Below the pieces are notes generated by a model. That model was not told where the DNA came from, made no database searches, and saw only the letters and a program-made list of their open reading frames with translations. DNA of 64,000 bases, taken from the NCBI RefSeq assembly GCF_009914755.1, contig NC_060948.1. One strand, written 5' to 3'. The translations under genes were made by a program, and so were the position numbers. Shown here in pieces: positions 27,001 through 42,000 of the stretch. The DNA comes from the human T2T-CHM13v2.0 reference genome, Homo sapiens. Within the stretch, counting starts at the first letter, position 1; each line of letters opens with the position of its first letter.

Positions 27001-30000
27001 TGTAATGGACAGGCCTGGAATAAAGTGGAATGCTACGGTCTCGAATGGAATAAAAATGTATGGAATGGAATGCAATGAAACGGAATCGAATGTCATAGAA
27101 TGTAATGGAATGCAAAAAAATGGAATCCAAAATCATTGACTGGAAAGTCTGGGTGTCGAAAGGAATTGACACCAATGGAATGGAATCGAATGGAATGGAA
27201 GTGAATAGAATCGAACTAAATTGAATGGAATGGAATTGATAGGAACGGAATGGAAAGGAATGCAATGATTTGGCATGGAATGGAATCGAATGGCATCGAA
27301 TGGAATGGAATGGAATGCAATGCAATGGAATGTATTAGAATGTAATGAACTTTAATGGAATGTACTCGAATGGATTCGACTGGAATGGAATGTTCTGGAA
27401 GTGAATGGACTCCAATGGAATGGATTCAAAAGGAATGGAATCGTACGGAATGGAATCTAATGGAATGGAATTAAATGGAAATGAATCAAATTGAATAGCA
27501 CGGAATTGAATTGAATGGAATGGAATGCAATGGAATCTAATGAAACGGAAAGGAAAGGAATGCAATGGAATGGAATGGGCTGGAATGGAAAGGAATCGAA
27601 ACGAATGGAATGGAATCGAACTGAAGAGACTGGAATGGAATGCACTGGAATGGAAGGGAGTGTAATGGAAGGTTCTCGAAAAAAATGGAATCGAATGGAA
27701 TGGAATTGAATGGAACGGAATAGAGTCGAATGGAATTGAATGGAATGGAATGGACTAGAGTGAAATGGAATCGAACCACAAGGAATGGACAGGAATAGAA
27801 TGGTCTCGAATTGAATGGAATCGTATGGAATGGCATCAAACGGAATGGAATGGACAGCCACGGAATGGAATGCACTCGAATGCAATGGAGTCGAAACTAA
27901 TGGACTGGAATAGAATGGACTCGACTGGTACGGACTCCAATGGAATGGAATCGAATGGAAGGGAATCGAACGGAAGGGAATCGAACGGAATGGACTCGAA
28001 GGGAAAAGACTGCAATGGAAAGGTCTCGAATGGAATGGAAATTAATGGAATGGAATGGAATCGAATGAAATGGAGTCAAAAGGAATCGAATCGAATGGCA
28101 AGAAATCGAATGTAATGGAATCGCCAGGAATTGATGTGAACGGAACGGAATGGAATGGAATCCAAAGGAATGGAATAGAATGGAATGGAATCGAATGGAA
28201 AGGACTCGAATGGAAATCACTCGAATAGAATGCAATTTAATAAAATAGGATCAAATGTAATGGAATGGAATGGAAAGGAATCGAAACGAAAGGAATGGAG
28301 ACAGATGGAATGGAATGGAACAGAGAGCAATGGTATAGAATGGAATGGAATCATCTGGAATGGAATTGAATGGAATGGAATAATATGAAATGGAATGGAA
28401 TGGAATGGAATGGAATGCCCTTGAATTAAATGGACTGGAATGGAATGGACTCAAACAGAGTGGAATGGAAAGTGTGGAGATAGAATGGAATGAACTCCTT
28501 TGGAATGGTGTAGTATGCAATGCAATAGACAGGCAGGGAATCAAAAGGAATGTAATCGAATGGATTGGACTGGAATGCAATGGACTCGAATAGATTGGAA
28601 ACGGAATGCAAAGGAATGGAATGGAATAGTATGGAATGCAATGGAAGGGAATGGAGTGGAATAGACTAGAGTGGAATGGAATGGACTGGAAAGCAATGGA
28701 CTGGAATGGAACTTTCTTGGATGGACTGGAATCAAACGGAATGGAATGCAATGCAGTCAAATGGCATGGAATAAAATAGAATGAAAGAGAATCAAATGGA
28801 ATTGAATCGAATGGAATCGAATGGATTGGAAAGGAATAGAATGGAATGGAATGGAATTGACTCAAATGGAATGGACTAGAATGGAATGGATTCGAATGGA
28901 AGGCAAAGGAATGGAATCTATTGGAATGGACTGTAATGGAATGGAATGGAAGGGATTGGAATGGACTCGAATGGAATGGACTGCAATAGAAAGGATTCGA
29001 ATGGAATGAAAAAGAATTGAATGGAATAGAACAGAATGGAATCAAATCGAATGAAATGGAATGGAATAGAAAGGAATGGAATGAAATGGAATGGAAAGGA
29101 TTCGAATGGAATGCAATCGAATGGAATGGAATCGAACGGAATGGAATAAAATGGAAGAAAACTGGCAAGAAATGGAATCGAAATGAATGGAGTGTTATGG
29201 AACGGACTCAAAAGGAATTGAATGTAACAGAATGGAGTGGAGTGGACTCGAATATAATGGACTGGAATGGAATGAAATCACATGGAATGGGAACGAATGG
29301 AATGGAATGGAAAGGAATGGAATCGAATGGAAAGGAATCGAATGGAAGGGAATGAAATTGAATCAACAGGAATGGAAGGGAATAGAATAGACTGTAATGG
29401 AATGGACTCGAATAGAATGGACACGAATGCTCAAATTAAATGGACTCGAATGGAATGGAAACGAAAGGAATGTCATCGAATGGAATTGAATCGATTGGAA
29501 TGAAATCGCATAGAATGGAGTGGAATCAAATGGAATTGAATCGAAAGGAAAGGAAGCGAATGGACTGAAATGAAATGGAATGGAATTGAATGGAAAGTAA
29601 TGCAATGGAATAGAATGGAACGAAATTTCACGGAATGGAATCAAACTGAATGGAATCAAATCAATGGAATCAAATCAAATGGAATGGAAAGGAATTGAAT
29701 GGAGTAGATGGGATTGGATGGGATTGGAATGAAATGTACTGGAAAGGACTCGAATTTCATGAAACGGAATGGAATGAATTGGAACGGAATGGACTCGAAT
29801 GGAATGGAATGTCATGGGATGGCATCAAATGGAATGGCATCAAATGGAATGGAATCGAATGCAATGGAATGCTATGGAATGGAATGGAATGCATTGGAAT
29901 GGAATGTCCTCTAATGGAATGGATTCGAGTGGAATGGAATTGAATATAATGGAGTCGAATGAAATGGAATTGAAAGGAATGGGATCGAATACAATGGAAT

Positions 30001-33000
30001 ATACTGGAATGTAACGTAATGAACTCGAATGTAATTGACTGGAATGGAATGTACATGAATGGAATGTAATCGAATGGAAAGTAATCCAATGGAATAGAAT
30101 CTAATGCAATAAAATCGACTCAGATAGAGTAGAATGTAATGGAATGGAGTGCAGTGCAATGGAATGGAATGGAATAGAATGCAATGGAATGGAATGGTAT
30201 GGAATGGAATGGAATGGAATGGAATGGAATGGAATGGAATGGGATGGAATGGTATGGAATGGATAGTAATGCACTGGAGTGAAATGGACTGGAAAGGAAT
30301 GGACTCAAATTGAAAGGGCTCGAAAGGAATGGAGTCAAATGGAATGGTCTGGAATGGAATGAACACGAATGTAATGCAACCCAATAGAATGGAATCGAAT
30401 GGCATGGAATATAAAGAAATGGAATCGAAGAGAATGGAAACAAATGGAATGGAATTGAATGGAATGGGAACGAATGGAGTGAAATTGTATGCAGTAGAAG
30501 AGAATAGAATGGAATGCAAGCGAAAGGAAAGGAATGGATTGGAATGGAATGGAATTCATTGGAATGGAAGGGAATGTAGTGTAATGGACAGGCCTGGAAT
30601 AAAGTGGAATGCTACGGTCTCGAATGGAATAAAAATGTATGGAATGGAATGCAATGAAACGGAATCGAATGTCATAGAATGTAATGGAATGCAAAAAAAT
30701 GGAATCCAAAATCATTGACTGGAAAGTCTGGGTGTCGAAAGGAATTGACACCAATGGAATGGAATCGAATGGAATGGAAGTGAATAGAATCGAACTAAAT
30801 TGAATGGAATGGAATTGATAGGAACGGAATGGAAAGGAATGCAATGATTTGGCATGGAATGGAATCGAATGGCATCGAATGGAATGGAATGGAATGCAAT
30901 GCAATGGAATGTATTAGAATGTAATGAACTTTAATGGAATGTACTCGAATGGATTCGACTGGAATGGAATGTTCTGGAAGTGAATGGACTCCAATGGAAT
31001 GGATTCAAAAGGAATGGAATCGTACGGAATGGAATCTAATGGAATGGAATTAAATGGAAATGAATCAAATTGAATAGCACGGAATTGAATTGAATGGAAT
31101 GGAATGCAATGGAATCTAATGAAACGGAAAGGAAAGGAATGCAATGGAATGGAATGGGCTGGAATGGAAAGGAATCGAAACGAATGGAATGGAATCGAAC
31201 TGAAGAGACTGGAATGGAATGCACTGGAATGGAAGGGAGTGTAATGGAAGGTTCTCGAAAAAAATGGAATCGAATGGAATGGAATTGAATGGAACGGAAT
31301 AGAGTCGAATGGAATTGAATGGAATGGAATGGACTAGAGTGAAATGGAATCGAACCACAAGGAATGGACAGGAATAGAATGGTCTCGAATTGAATGGAAT
31401 CGTATGGAATGGCATCAAACGGAATGGAATGGACAGCCACGGAATGGAATGCACTCGAATGCAATGGAGTCGAAACTAATGGACTGGAATAGAATGGACT
31501 CGACTGGTACGGACTCCAATGGAATGGAATCGAATGGAAGGGAATCGAACGGAAGGGAATCGAACGGAATGGACTCGAAGGGAAAAGACTGCAATGGAAA
31601 GGTCTCGAATGGAATGGAAATTAATGGAATGGAATGGAATCGAATGAAATGGAGTCAAAAGGAATCGAATCGAATGGCAAGAAATCGAATGTAATGGAAT
31701 CGCCAGGAATTGATGTGAACGGAACGGAATGGAATGGAATCCAAAGGAATGGAATAGAATGGAATGGAATCGAATGGAAAGGACTCGAATGGAAATCACT
31801 CGAATAGAATGCAATTTAATAAAATAGGATCAAATGTAATGGAATGGAATGGAAAGGAATCGAAACGAAAGGAATGGAGACAGATGGAATGGAATGGAAC
31901 AGAGAGCAATGGTATAGAATGGAATGGAATCATCTGGAATGGAATTGAATGGAATGGAATAATATGAAATGGAATGGAATGGAATGGAATGGAATGCCCT
32001 TGAATTAAATGGACTGGAATGGAATGGACTCAAACAGAGTGGAATGGAAAGTGTGGAGATAGAATGGAATGAACTCCTTTGGAATGGTGTAGTATGCAAT
32101 GCAATAGACAGGCAGGGAATCAAAAGGAATGTAATCGAATGGATTGGACTGGAATGCAATGGACTCGAATAGATTGGAAACGGAATGCAAAGGAATGGAA
32201 TGGAATAGTATGGAATGCAATGGAAGGGAATGGAGTGGAATAGACTAGAGTGGAATGGAATGGACTGGAAAGCAATGGACTGGAATGGAACTTTCTTGGA
32301 TGGACTGGAATCAAACGGAATGGAATGCAATGCAGTCAAATGGCATGGAATAAAATAGAATGAAAGAGAATCAAATGGAATTGAATCGAATGGAATCGAA
32401 TGGATTGGAAAGGAATAGAATGGAATGGAATGGAATTGACTCAAATGGAATGGACTAGAATGGAATGGATTCGAATGGAAGGCAAAGGAATGGAATCTAT
32501 TGGAATGGACTGTAATGGAATGGAATGGAAGGGATTGGAATGGACTCGAATGGAATGGACTGCAATAGAAAGGATTCGAATGGAATGAAAAAGAATTGAA
32601 TGGAATAGAACAGAATGGAATCAAATCGAATGAAATGGAATGGAATAGAAAGGAATGGAATGAAATGGAATGGAAAGGATTCGAATGGAATGCAATCGAA
32701 TGGAATGGAATCGAACGGAATGGAATAAAATGGAAGAAAACTGGCAAGAAATGGAATCGAAATGAATGGAGTGTTATGGAACGGACTCAAAAGGAATTGA
32801 ATGTAACAGAATGGAGTGGAGTGGACTCGAATATAATGGACTGGAATGGAATGAAATCACATGGAATGGGAACGAATGGAATGGAATGGAAAGGAATGGA
32901 ATCGAATGGAAAGGAATCGAATGGAAGGGAATGAAATTGAATCAACAGGAATGGAAGGGAATAGAATAGACTGTAATGGAATGGACTCGAATAGAATGGA

Positions 33001-36000
33001 CACGAATGCTCAAATTAAATGGACTCGAATGGAATGGAAACGAAAGGAATGTCATCGAATGGAATTGAATCGATTGGAATGAAATCGCATAGAATGGAGT
33101 GGAATCAAATGGAATTGAATCGAAAGGAAAGGAAGCGAATGGACTGAAATGAAATGGAATGGAATTGAATGGAAAGTAATGCAATGGAATAGAATGGAAC
33201 GAAATTTCACGGAATGGAATCAAACTGAATGGAATCAAATCAATGGAATCAAATCAAATGGAATGGAAAGGAATTGAATGGAGTAGATGGGATTGGATGG
33301 GATTGGAATGAAATGTACTGGAAAGGACTCGAATTTCATGAAACGGAATGGAATGAATTGGAACGGAATGGACTCGAATGGAATGGAATGTCATGGGATG
33401 GCATCAAATGGAATGGCATCAAATGGAATGGAATCGAATGCAATGGAATGCTATGGAATGGAATGGAATGCATTGGAATGGAATGTCCTCTAATGGAATG
33501 GATTCGAGTGGAATGGAATTGAATATAATGGAGTCGAATGAAATGGAATTGAAAGGAATGGGATCGAATACAATGGAATATACTGGAATGTAACGTAATG
33601 AACTCGAATGTAATTGACTGGAATGGAATGTACATGAATGGAATGTAATCGAATGGAAAGTAATCCAATGGAATAGAATCTAATGCAATAAAATCGACTC
33701 AGATAGAGTAGAATGTAATGGAATGGAGTGCAGTGCAATGGAATGGAATGGAATAGAATGCAATGGAATGGAATGGTATGGAATGGAATGGAATGGAATG
33801 GAATGGAATGGAATGGAATGGGATGGAATGGTATGGAATGGATAGTAATGCACTGGAGTGAAATGGACTGGAAAGGAATGGACTCAAATTGAAAGGGCTC
33901 GAAAGGAATGGAGTCAAATGGAATGGTCTGGAATGGAATGAACACGAATGTAATGCAACCCAATAGAATGGAATCGAATGGCATGGAATATAAAGAAATG
34001 GAATCGAAGAGAATGGAAACAAATGGAATGGAATTGAATGGAATGGGAACGAATGGAGTGAAATTGTATGCAGTAGAAGAGAATAGAATGGAATGCAAGC
34101 GAAAGGAAAGGAATGGATTGGAATGGAATGGAATTCATTGGAATGGAAGGGAATGTAGTGTAATGGACAGGCCTGGAATAAAGTGGAATGCTACGGTCTC
34201 GAATGGAATAAAAATATATGGAATGGAATGCAATGAAACGGAATCGAATGTCATAGAATGTAATGGAATGCAAAAAAATGGAATCCAAAATCATTGACTG
34301 GAAAGGCTGGGTGTCGAAAGGAATTGACTCCAATGGAATGGAATCGAATGGAATGGAAGTGAATAGAATCGAACTAAATCGAATGGAGTGGAATTGATAG
34401 GAACGGAATGGAAAGGAATGCAATGATTTGGCATGGAATGGAATCGAATGGCATCGAATGGAATGGAATGGAATGCAATGGAATGGAATGTATTAGAATG
34501 TAATGAACTTTAATGGAATGTACTCGAATGGATTCGACTGGAATGGAATGTTCTGGAAGTGAATGGACTCCAATGGAATGGATTCAAAAGGAATGGAATC
34601 GTACGGAATGGAATCTAATGGAATGGAATTAAATGGAAATGAATCAAATTGAATAGCACGGAATTGAATTGAATGGAATCGAATGCAATGGAATCTAATG
34701 AAACGGAAAGGAAAGGAATGCAATGGAATGGAATGGGCTGGAATGGAAAGGAATCGAAACGAATGGAATGGAATCGAACTGAAGAGACTGGAATGGAATG
34801 CACTGGAATGGAAGGGAGTGTAATGGAAGGTTCTCGAAAAAAATGGAATCGAATGGAATGGAATTGAATGGAACGGAATAGAGTCGAATGGAATTGAATG
34901 GAATGGAATGGACTAGAGTGAAATGGAATCGAACCACAAGGAATGGACAGGAATAGAATGGTCTCGAATTGAATGGAATCGTATGGAATGGCATCAAACG
35001 GAATGGAATGGACAGCCACGGAATGGAATGCACTCGAATGCAATGGAGTCGAAACTAATGGACTGGAATAGAATGGACTCGACTGGTACGGACTCCAATG
35101 GAATGGAATCGAATGGAAGGGAATCGAACGGAAGGGAATCGAACGGAATGGACTCGAAGGGAAAAGACTGCAATGGAAAGGTCTCGAATGGAATGGAAAT
35201 TAATGGAATGGAATGGAATCGAATGAAATGGAGTCAAAAGGAATCGAATCGAATGGCAAGAAATCGAATGTAATGGAATCGCCAGGAATTGATGTGAACG
35301 GAACGGAATGGAATGGAATCCAAAGGAATGGAATAGAATGGAATGGAATCGAATGGAAAGGACTCGAATGGAAATCACTCGAATAGAATGCAATTTAATA
35401 AAATAGGATCAAATGTAATGGAATGGAATGGAAAGGAATCGAAACGAAAGGAATGGAGACAGATGGAATGGAATGGAACAGAGAGCAATGGTATAGAATG
35501 GAATGGAATCATCTGGAATGGAATTGAATGGAATGGAATAATATGAAATGGAATGGAATGGAATGGAATGGAATGCCCTTGAATTAAATGGACTGGAATG
35601 GAATGGACTCAAACAGAGTGGAATGGAAAGTGTGGAGATAGAATGGAATGAACTCCTTTGGAATGGTGTAGTATGCAATGCAATAGACAGGCAGGGAATC
35701 AAAAGGAATGTAATCGAATGGATTGGACTGGAATGCAATGGACTCGAATAGATTGGAAACGGAATGCAAAGGAATGGAATGGAATAGTATGGAATGCAAT
35801 GGAAGGGAATGGAGTGGAATAGACTAGAGTGGAATGGAATGGACTGGAAAGCAATGGACTGGAATGGAACTTTCTTGGATGGACTGGAATCAAACGGAAT
35901 GGAATGCAATGCAGTCAAATGGCATGGAATAAAATAGAATGAAAGAGAATCAAATGGAATTGAATCGAATGGAATCGAATGGATTGGAAAGGAATAGAAT

Positions 36001-39000
36001 GGAATGGAATGGAATTGACTCAAATGGAATGGACTAGAATGGAATGGATTCGAATGGAAGGCAAAGGAATGGAATCTATTGGAATGGACTGTAATGGAAT
36101 GGAATGGAAGGGATTGGAATGGACTCGAATGGAATGGACTGCAATAGAAAGGATTCGAATGGAATGAAAAAGAATTGAATGGAATAGAACAGAATGGAAT
36201 CAAATCGAATGAAATGGAATGGAATAGAAAGGAATGGAATGAAATGGAATGGAAAGGATTCGAATGGAATGCAATCGAATGGAATGGAATCGAACGGAAT
36301 GGAATAAAATGGAAGAAAACTGGCAAGAAATGGAATCGAAATGAATGGAGTGTTATGGAACGGACTCAAAAGGAATTGAATGTAACAGAATGGAGTGGAG
36401 TGGACTCGAATATAATGGACTGGAATGGAATGAAATCACATGGAATGGGAACGAATGGAATGGAATGGAAAGGAATGGAATCGAATGGAAAGGAATCGAA
36501 TGGAAGGGAATGAAATTGAATCAACAGGAATGGAAGGGAATAGAATAGACTGTAATGGAATGGACTCGAATAGAATGGACACGAATGCTCAAATTAAATG
36601 GACTCGAATGGAATGGAAACGAAAGGAATGTCATCGAATGGAATTGAATCGATTGGAATGAAATCGCATAGAATGGAGTGGAATCAAATGGAATTGAATC
36701 GAAAGGAAAGGAAGCGAATGGACTGAAATGAAATGGAATGGAATTGAATGGAAAGTAATGCAATGGAATAGAATGGAACGAAATTTCACGGAATGGAATC
36801 AAACTGAATGGAATCAAATCAATGGAATCAAATCAAATGGAATGGAAAGGAATTGAATGGAGTAGATGGGATTGGATGGGATTGGAATGAAATGTACTGG
36901 AAAGGACTCGAATTTCATGAAACGGAATGGAATGAATTGGAACGGAATGGACTCGAATGGAATGGAATGTCATGGGATGGCATCAAATGGAATGGCATCA
37001 AATGGAATGGAATCGAATGCAATGGAATGCTATGGAATGGAATGGAATGCATTGGAATGGAATGTCCTCTAATGGAATGGATTCGAGTGGAATGGAATTG
37101 AATATAATGGAGTCGAATGAAATGGAATTGAAAGGAATGGGATCGAATACAATGGAATATACTGGAATGTAACGTAATGAACTCGAATGTAATTGACTGG
37201 AATGGAATGTACATGAATGGAATGTAATCGAATGGAAAGTAATCCAATGGAATAGAATCTAATGCAATAAAATCGACTCAGATAGAGTAGAATGTAATGG
37301 AATGGAGTGCAGTGCAATGGAATGGAATGGAATAGAATGCAATGGAATGGAATGGTATGGAATGGAATGGAATGGAATGGAATGGAATGGAATGGAATGG
37401 GATGGAATGGTATGGAATGGATAGTAATGCACTGGAGTGAAATGGACTGGAAAGGAATGGACTCAAATTGAAAGGGCTCGAAAGGAATGGAGTCAAATGG
37501 AATGGTCTGGAATGGAATGAACACGAATGTAATGCAACCCAATAGAATGGAATCGAATGGCATGGAATATAAAGAAATGGAATCGAAGAGAATGGAAACA
37601 AATGGAATGGAATTGAATGGAATGGGAACGAATGGAGTGAAATTGTATGCAGTAGAAGAGAATAGAATGGAATGCAAGCGAAAGGAAAGGAATGGATTGG
37701 AATGGAATGGAATTCATTGGAATGGAAGGGAATGTAGTGTAATGGACAGGCCTGGAATAAAGTGGAATGCTACGGTCTCGAATGGAATAAAAATATATGG
37801 AATGGAATGCAATGAAACGGAATCGAATGTCATAGAATGTAATGGAATGCAAAAAAATGGAATCCAAAATCATTGACTGGAAAGGCTGGGTGTCGAAAGG
37901 AATTGACTCCAATGGAATGGAATCGAATGGAATGGAAGTGAATAGAATCGAACTAAATCGAATGGAGTGGAATTGATAGGAACGGAATGGAAAGGAATGC
38001 AATGATTTGGCATGGAATGGAATCGAATGGCATCGAATGGAATGGAATGGAATGCAATGGAATGGAATGTATTAGAATGTAATGAACTTTAATGGAATGT
38101 ACTCGAATGGATTCGACTGGAATGGAATGTTCTGGAAGTGAATGGACTCCAATGGAATGGATTCAAAAGGAATGGAATCGTACGGAATGGAATCTAATGG
38201 AATGGAATTAAATGGAAATGAATCAAATTGAATAGCACGGAATTGAATTGAATGGAATCGAATGCAATGGAATCTAATGAAACGGAAAGGAAAGGAATGC
38301 AATGGAATGGAATGGGCTGGAATGGAAAGGAATCGAAACGAATGGAATGGAATCGAACTGAAGAGACTGGAATGGAATGCACTGGAATGGAAGGGAGTGT
38401 AATGGAAGGTTCTCGAAAAAAATGGAATCGAATGGAATGGAATTGAATGGAACGGAATAGAGTCGAATGGAATTGAATGGAATGGAATGGAGTAGAGTGA
38501 AATGGAATCGAACCACAAGGAATGGACAGGAATAGAATGGTCTCGAATTGAATGGAATCGTATGGAATGGCATCAAACGGAATGGAATGGACAGCCACGG
38601 AATGGAATGCACTCGAATGCAATGGAGTCGAAACTAATGGACTGGAATAGAATGGACTCGACTGGTACGGACTCCAATGGAATGGAATCGAATGGAAGGG
38701 AATCGAACGGAAGGGAATCGAACGGAATGGACTTGAAGGGAAAAGACTGCAATGGAAAGGTCTCGAATGGAATGGAAATTAATGGAATGGAATGGAATCG
38801 AATGAAATGGAGTCAAAATGAATCGAATCGAATGGCAAGAAATCGAATGTAATGGAATCGCCAGGAATTGATGTGAACGGAACGGAATGGAATGGAATCC
38901 AAAGGAATGGAATAGAATGGAATGGAATCGAATGGAAAGGACTCGAATGGAAATCACTCGAATAGAATGCAATTTAATAAAATAGGATCAAATGTAATGG

Positions 39001-42000
39001 AATGGAATGGAAAGGAATCGAAACGAAAGGAATGGAGACAGATGGAATGGAATGGAACAGAGAGCAATGGTATAGAATGGAATGGAATCATCTGGAATGG
39101 AATTGAATGGAATGGAATAATATGAAATGGAATGGAATGGAATGGAATGGAATGCCCTTGAATTAAATGGACTGGAATGGAATGGACTCAAACAGAGTGG
39201 AATGGAAAGTGTGGAGATAGAATGGAATGAACTCCTTTGGAATGGTCTAGTAGGCAATGCAATCGACTGGCAGGGAATCAAAAGGAATGTAATCGAATGG
39301 ATTGGACTGGAATGCAATGGACTCGAATAGATTGGAAACGGAATGCAAAGAATGGAATGGAATAGTATGGAATGGAATGGAAAGGAATGGAGTGGAACAG
39401 ACTAGAGTGGAATGGAATGGACTGGAAAGCAATGGACTGGAATGGAACTTTCTTGAATGGACTGGAATCAAACGGAATGGAATGCAATGCAATCAAATGG
39501 CATGGAATAAAATAGAATGAAAGAGAATCAAATGGAATTGAATCGAATGGAATCGAATGGATTGGAAAGGAATAGAATGGAATGGAATGGAATTGACTCA
39601 AATGGAATCTACTAGAATGGAATGGATTCGAATGGAAGGCAAAGGAATGGAATCTATTGGAATGGACTGTAATGGAATGGAATGGAAGGGATTGGAATGG
39701 ACTCGAATGGAATGGACTGCAATAGAAAGGATTCGAATGGAATGAAAAAGAATTGAATGGAATAGAACAGAATGGAATCAAATCGAATGAAATGGAATGG
39801 AATAGAAAGGAATGGAATGAAATGGAATGGAAAGGATTCGAATGGAATGCAATCGAATGGAATGGAATCGAACGGAATGGAATAAAATGGAAGAAAACTG
39901 GCAAGAAATGGAATCGAAATGAATGGAGTGTTATGGAACGGACTCAAAAGGAATTGAATGTAATAGAATGGAGTGGAGTGGACTCGAATATAATGGACTG
40001 GAATGGAATGAAATCACATGGAATGGGAACGAATGGAATGGAATGGAAAGGAATGGAATCGAATGGAAAGGAATCGAATGGAAGGGAATGAAATTGAATC
40101 AACAGGAATGGAAGGGAATAGAATAGACGGTAATGGAATGGACTCGAATAGAATGGACACGAATGCTCAAATTGAATGGACTCGAATGGAATGGAAACGA
40201 AAGGAATGTCATCGAATGGAATTGAATCGATTGGAATGAAATCGCATAGAATGGAGTGGAATCAAATGGAATTGAATCGAAAGGAAAGGAAGCGAATGGA
40301 CTGAAATGAAATGGAATGGAATTGAATGGAAAGTAATGCAATGGAATAGAATGGAACGAAATTTCACGGAATGGAATCAAACTGAATGGAATCAAATCAA
40401 TGGAATCAAATCAAATGGAATGGAAAGGAATTGAATGGAGTAGATGGGATTGGATGGGATTGGAATGAAATGTACTGGAAAGGACTCGAATTTCATGAAA
40501 CGGAATGGAATGAATTGGAACGGAATGGACTCGAATGGAATGGAATGTCATGGGATGGCATCAAATGGAATGGCATCAAATGGAATGGAATCGAATGCAA
40601 TGGAATGCTATGGAATGGAATGGAATGCATTGGAATGGAATGTCCTCTAATGGAATGGATTCGAGTGGAATGGAATTGAATATAATGGAGTCGAATGAAA
40701 TGGAATTGAAAGGAATGGGATCGAATACAATGGAATATACTGGAATGTAACGTAATGAACTCGAATATAATTAACTGGAATGGAATGTACATGAATGGAA
40801 TGTAATCGAATGGAAAGTAATCCAATGGAATAGAATCTAATGCAATAAAATCGACTCAGATAGAGTAGAATGTAATGGAATGGAGTGCAGTGCAATGGAA
40901 TGGAATGGAATGGAATGCAATGGAATGGAATGGAATGGAATGGAATGGAATGGAATGGAATGGAATGGGATGGAATGGTATGGAATGGATAGTAATGGAC
41001 TGGAGTGAAATGGACTGGAAAGGAATGGACTCAAATTGAAAGGGCTCGAAAGGAATGGATTCAAATGGAATGGTCTGGAATGGAATGAACACGAATGTAA
41101 TGCAACCCAATAGAATGGAATCGAATGGCATGGAATGTAAAGAAATGGAATCAAAGAGAATGGAAACAAATGGAATGGAATTGAATGGAATGGGAACGAA
41201 TGGAGTGAAATTGTATGCAGTAGAAGAGAATAGAATGGAATGCAAGCGAAAGGAAAGGAATGGATTGGAATGGAATGGAATTCATTGGAATGGAAGGGAA
41301 TGTAGTGTAATGGACAGGCCTGGAATAAAGTGGAATGCTACGGTCTCGAATGGAATAAAAATGTATGGAATGGAATGCAATGAAACGGAATCGAATGTCA
41401 TAGAATGTAATGGAATGCAAAAAAATGGAATCCAAAATCATTGACTGGAAAGTCTGGGTGTCGAAAGGAATTGACTCCAATGGAATGGAATCGAATGGAA
41501 TGGAAGTGAATAGAATGGAACTAAATCGAATGGAATGGAATTGATAGGAACGGAATGGAAAGGAATGCAATGATTGGCATGGAATGGAATCGAATGGCAT
41601 CGAATGGAATGGAATGGAATGCAATGGAATGGAATGTATTAGAATGTAATGAACTTTAATGGAATGTACTCGAATGGATTCGACTGGAATGGAATGTTCT
41701 GGAAGTGAATGGACTCCAATGGAATGGATTCAAAAGGAATGGAATCGTACGGAATGGAATCTAATGGAATGGAATTAAATGGAAATGAATCAAATTGAAT
41801 AGCACGGAATTGAATTGAATGGAATCGAATGCAATGGAATCTAATGAAACGGAAAGGAAAGGAATGCAATGGAATGGAATGGAATGGAATGCAAATGAAT
41901 CGAAACGAATGGAATGGAATCGAACTGAAGAGACTGGAATGGAATGCACTGGAATGGAAGGGAGTGTCATGGAAGGTTCTCGAAAAAAATGGAATCGAAT

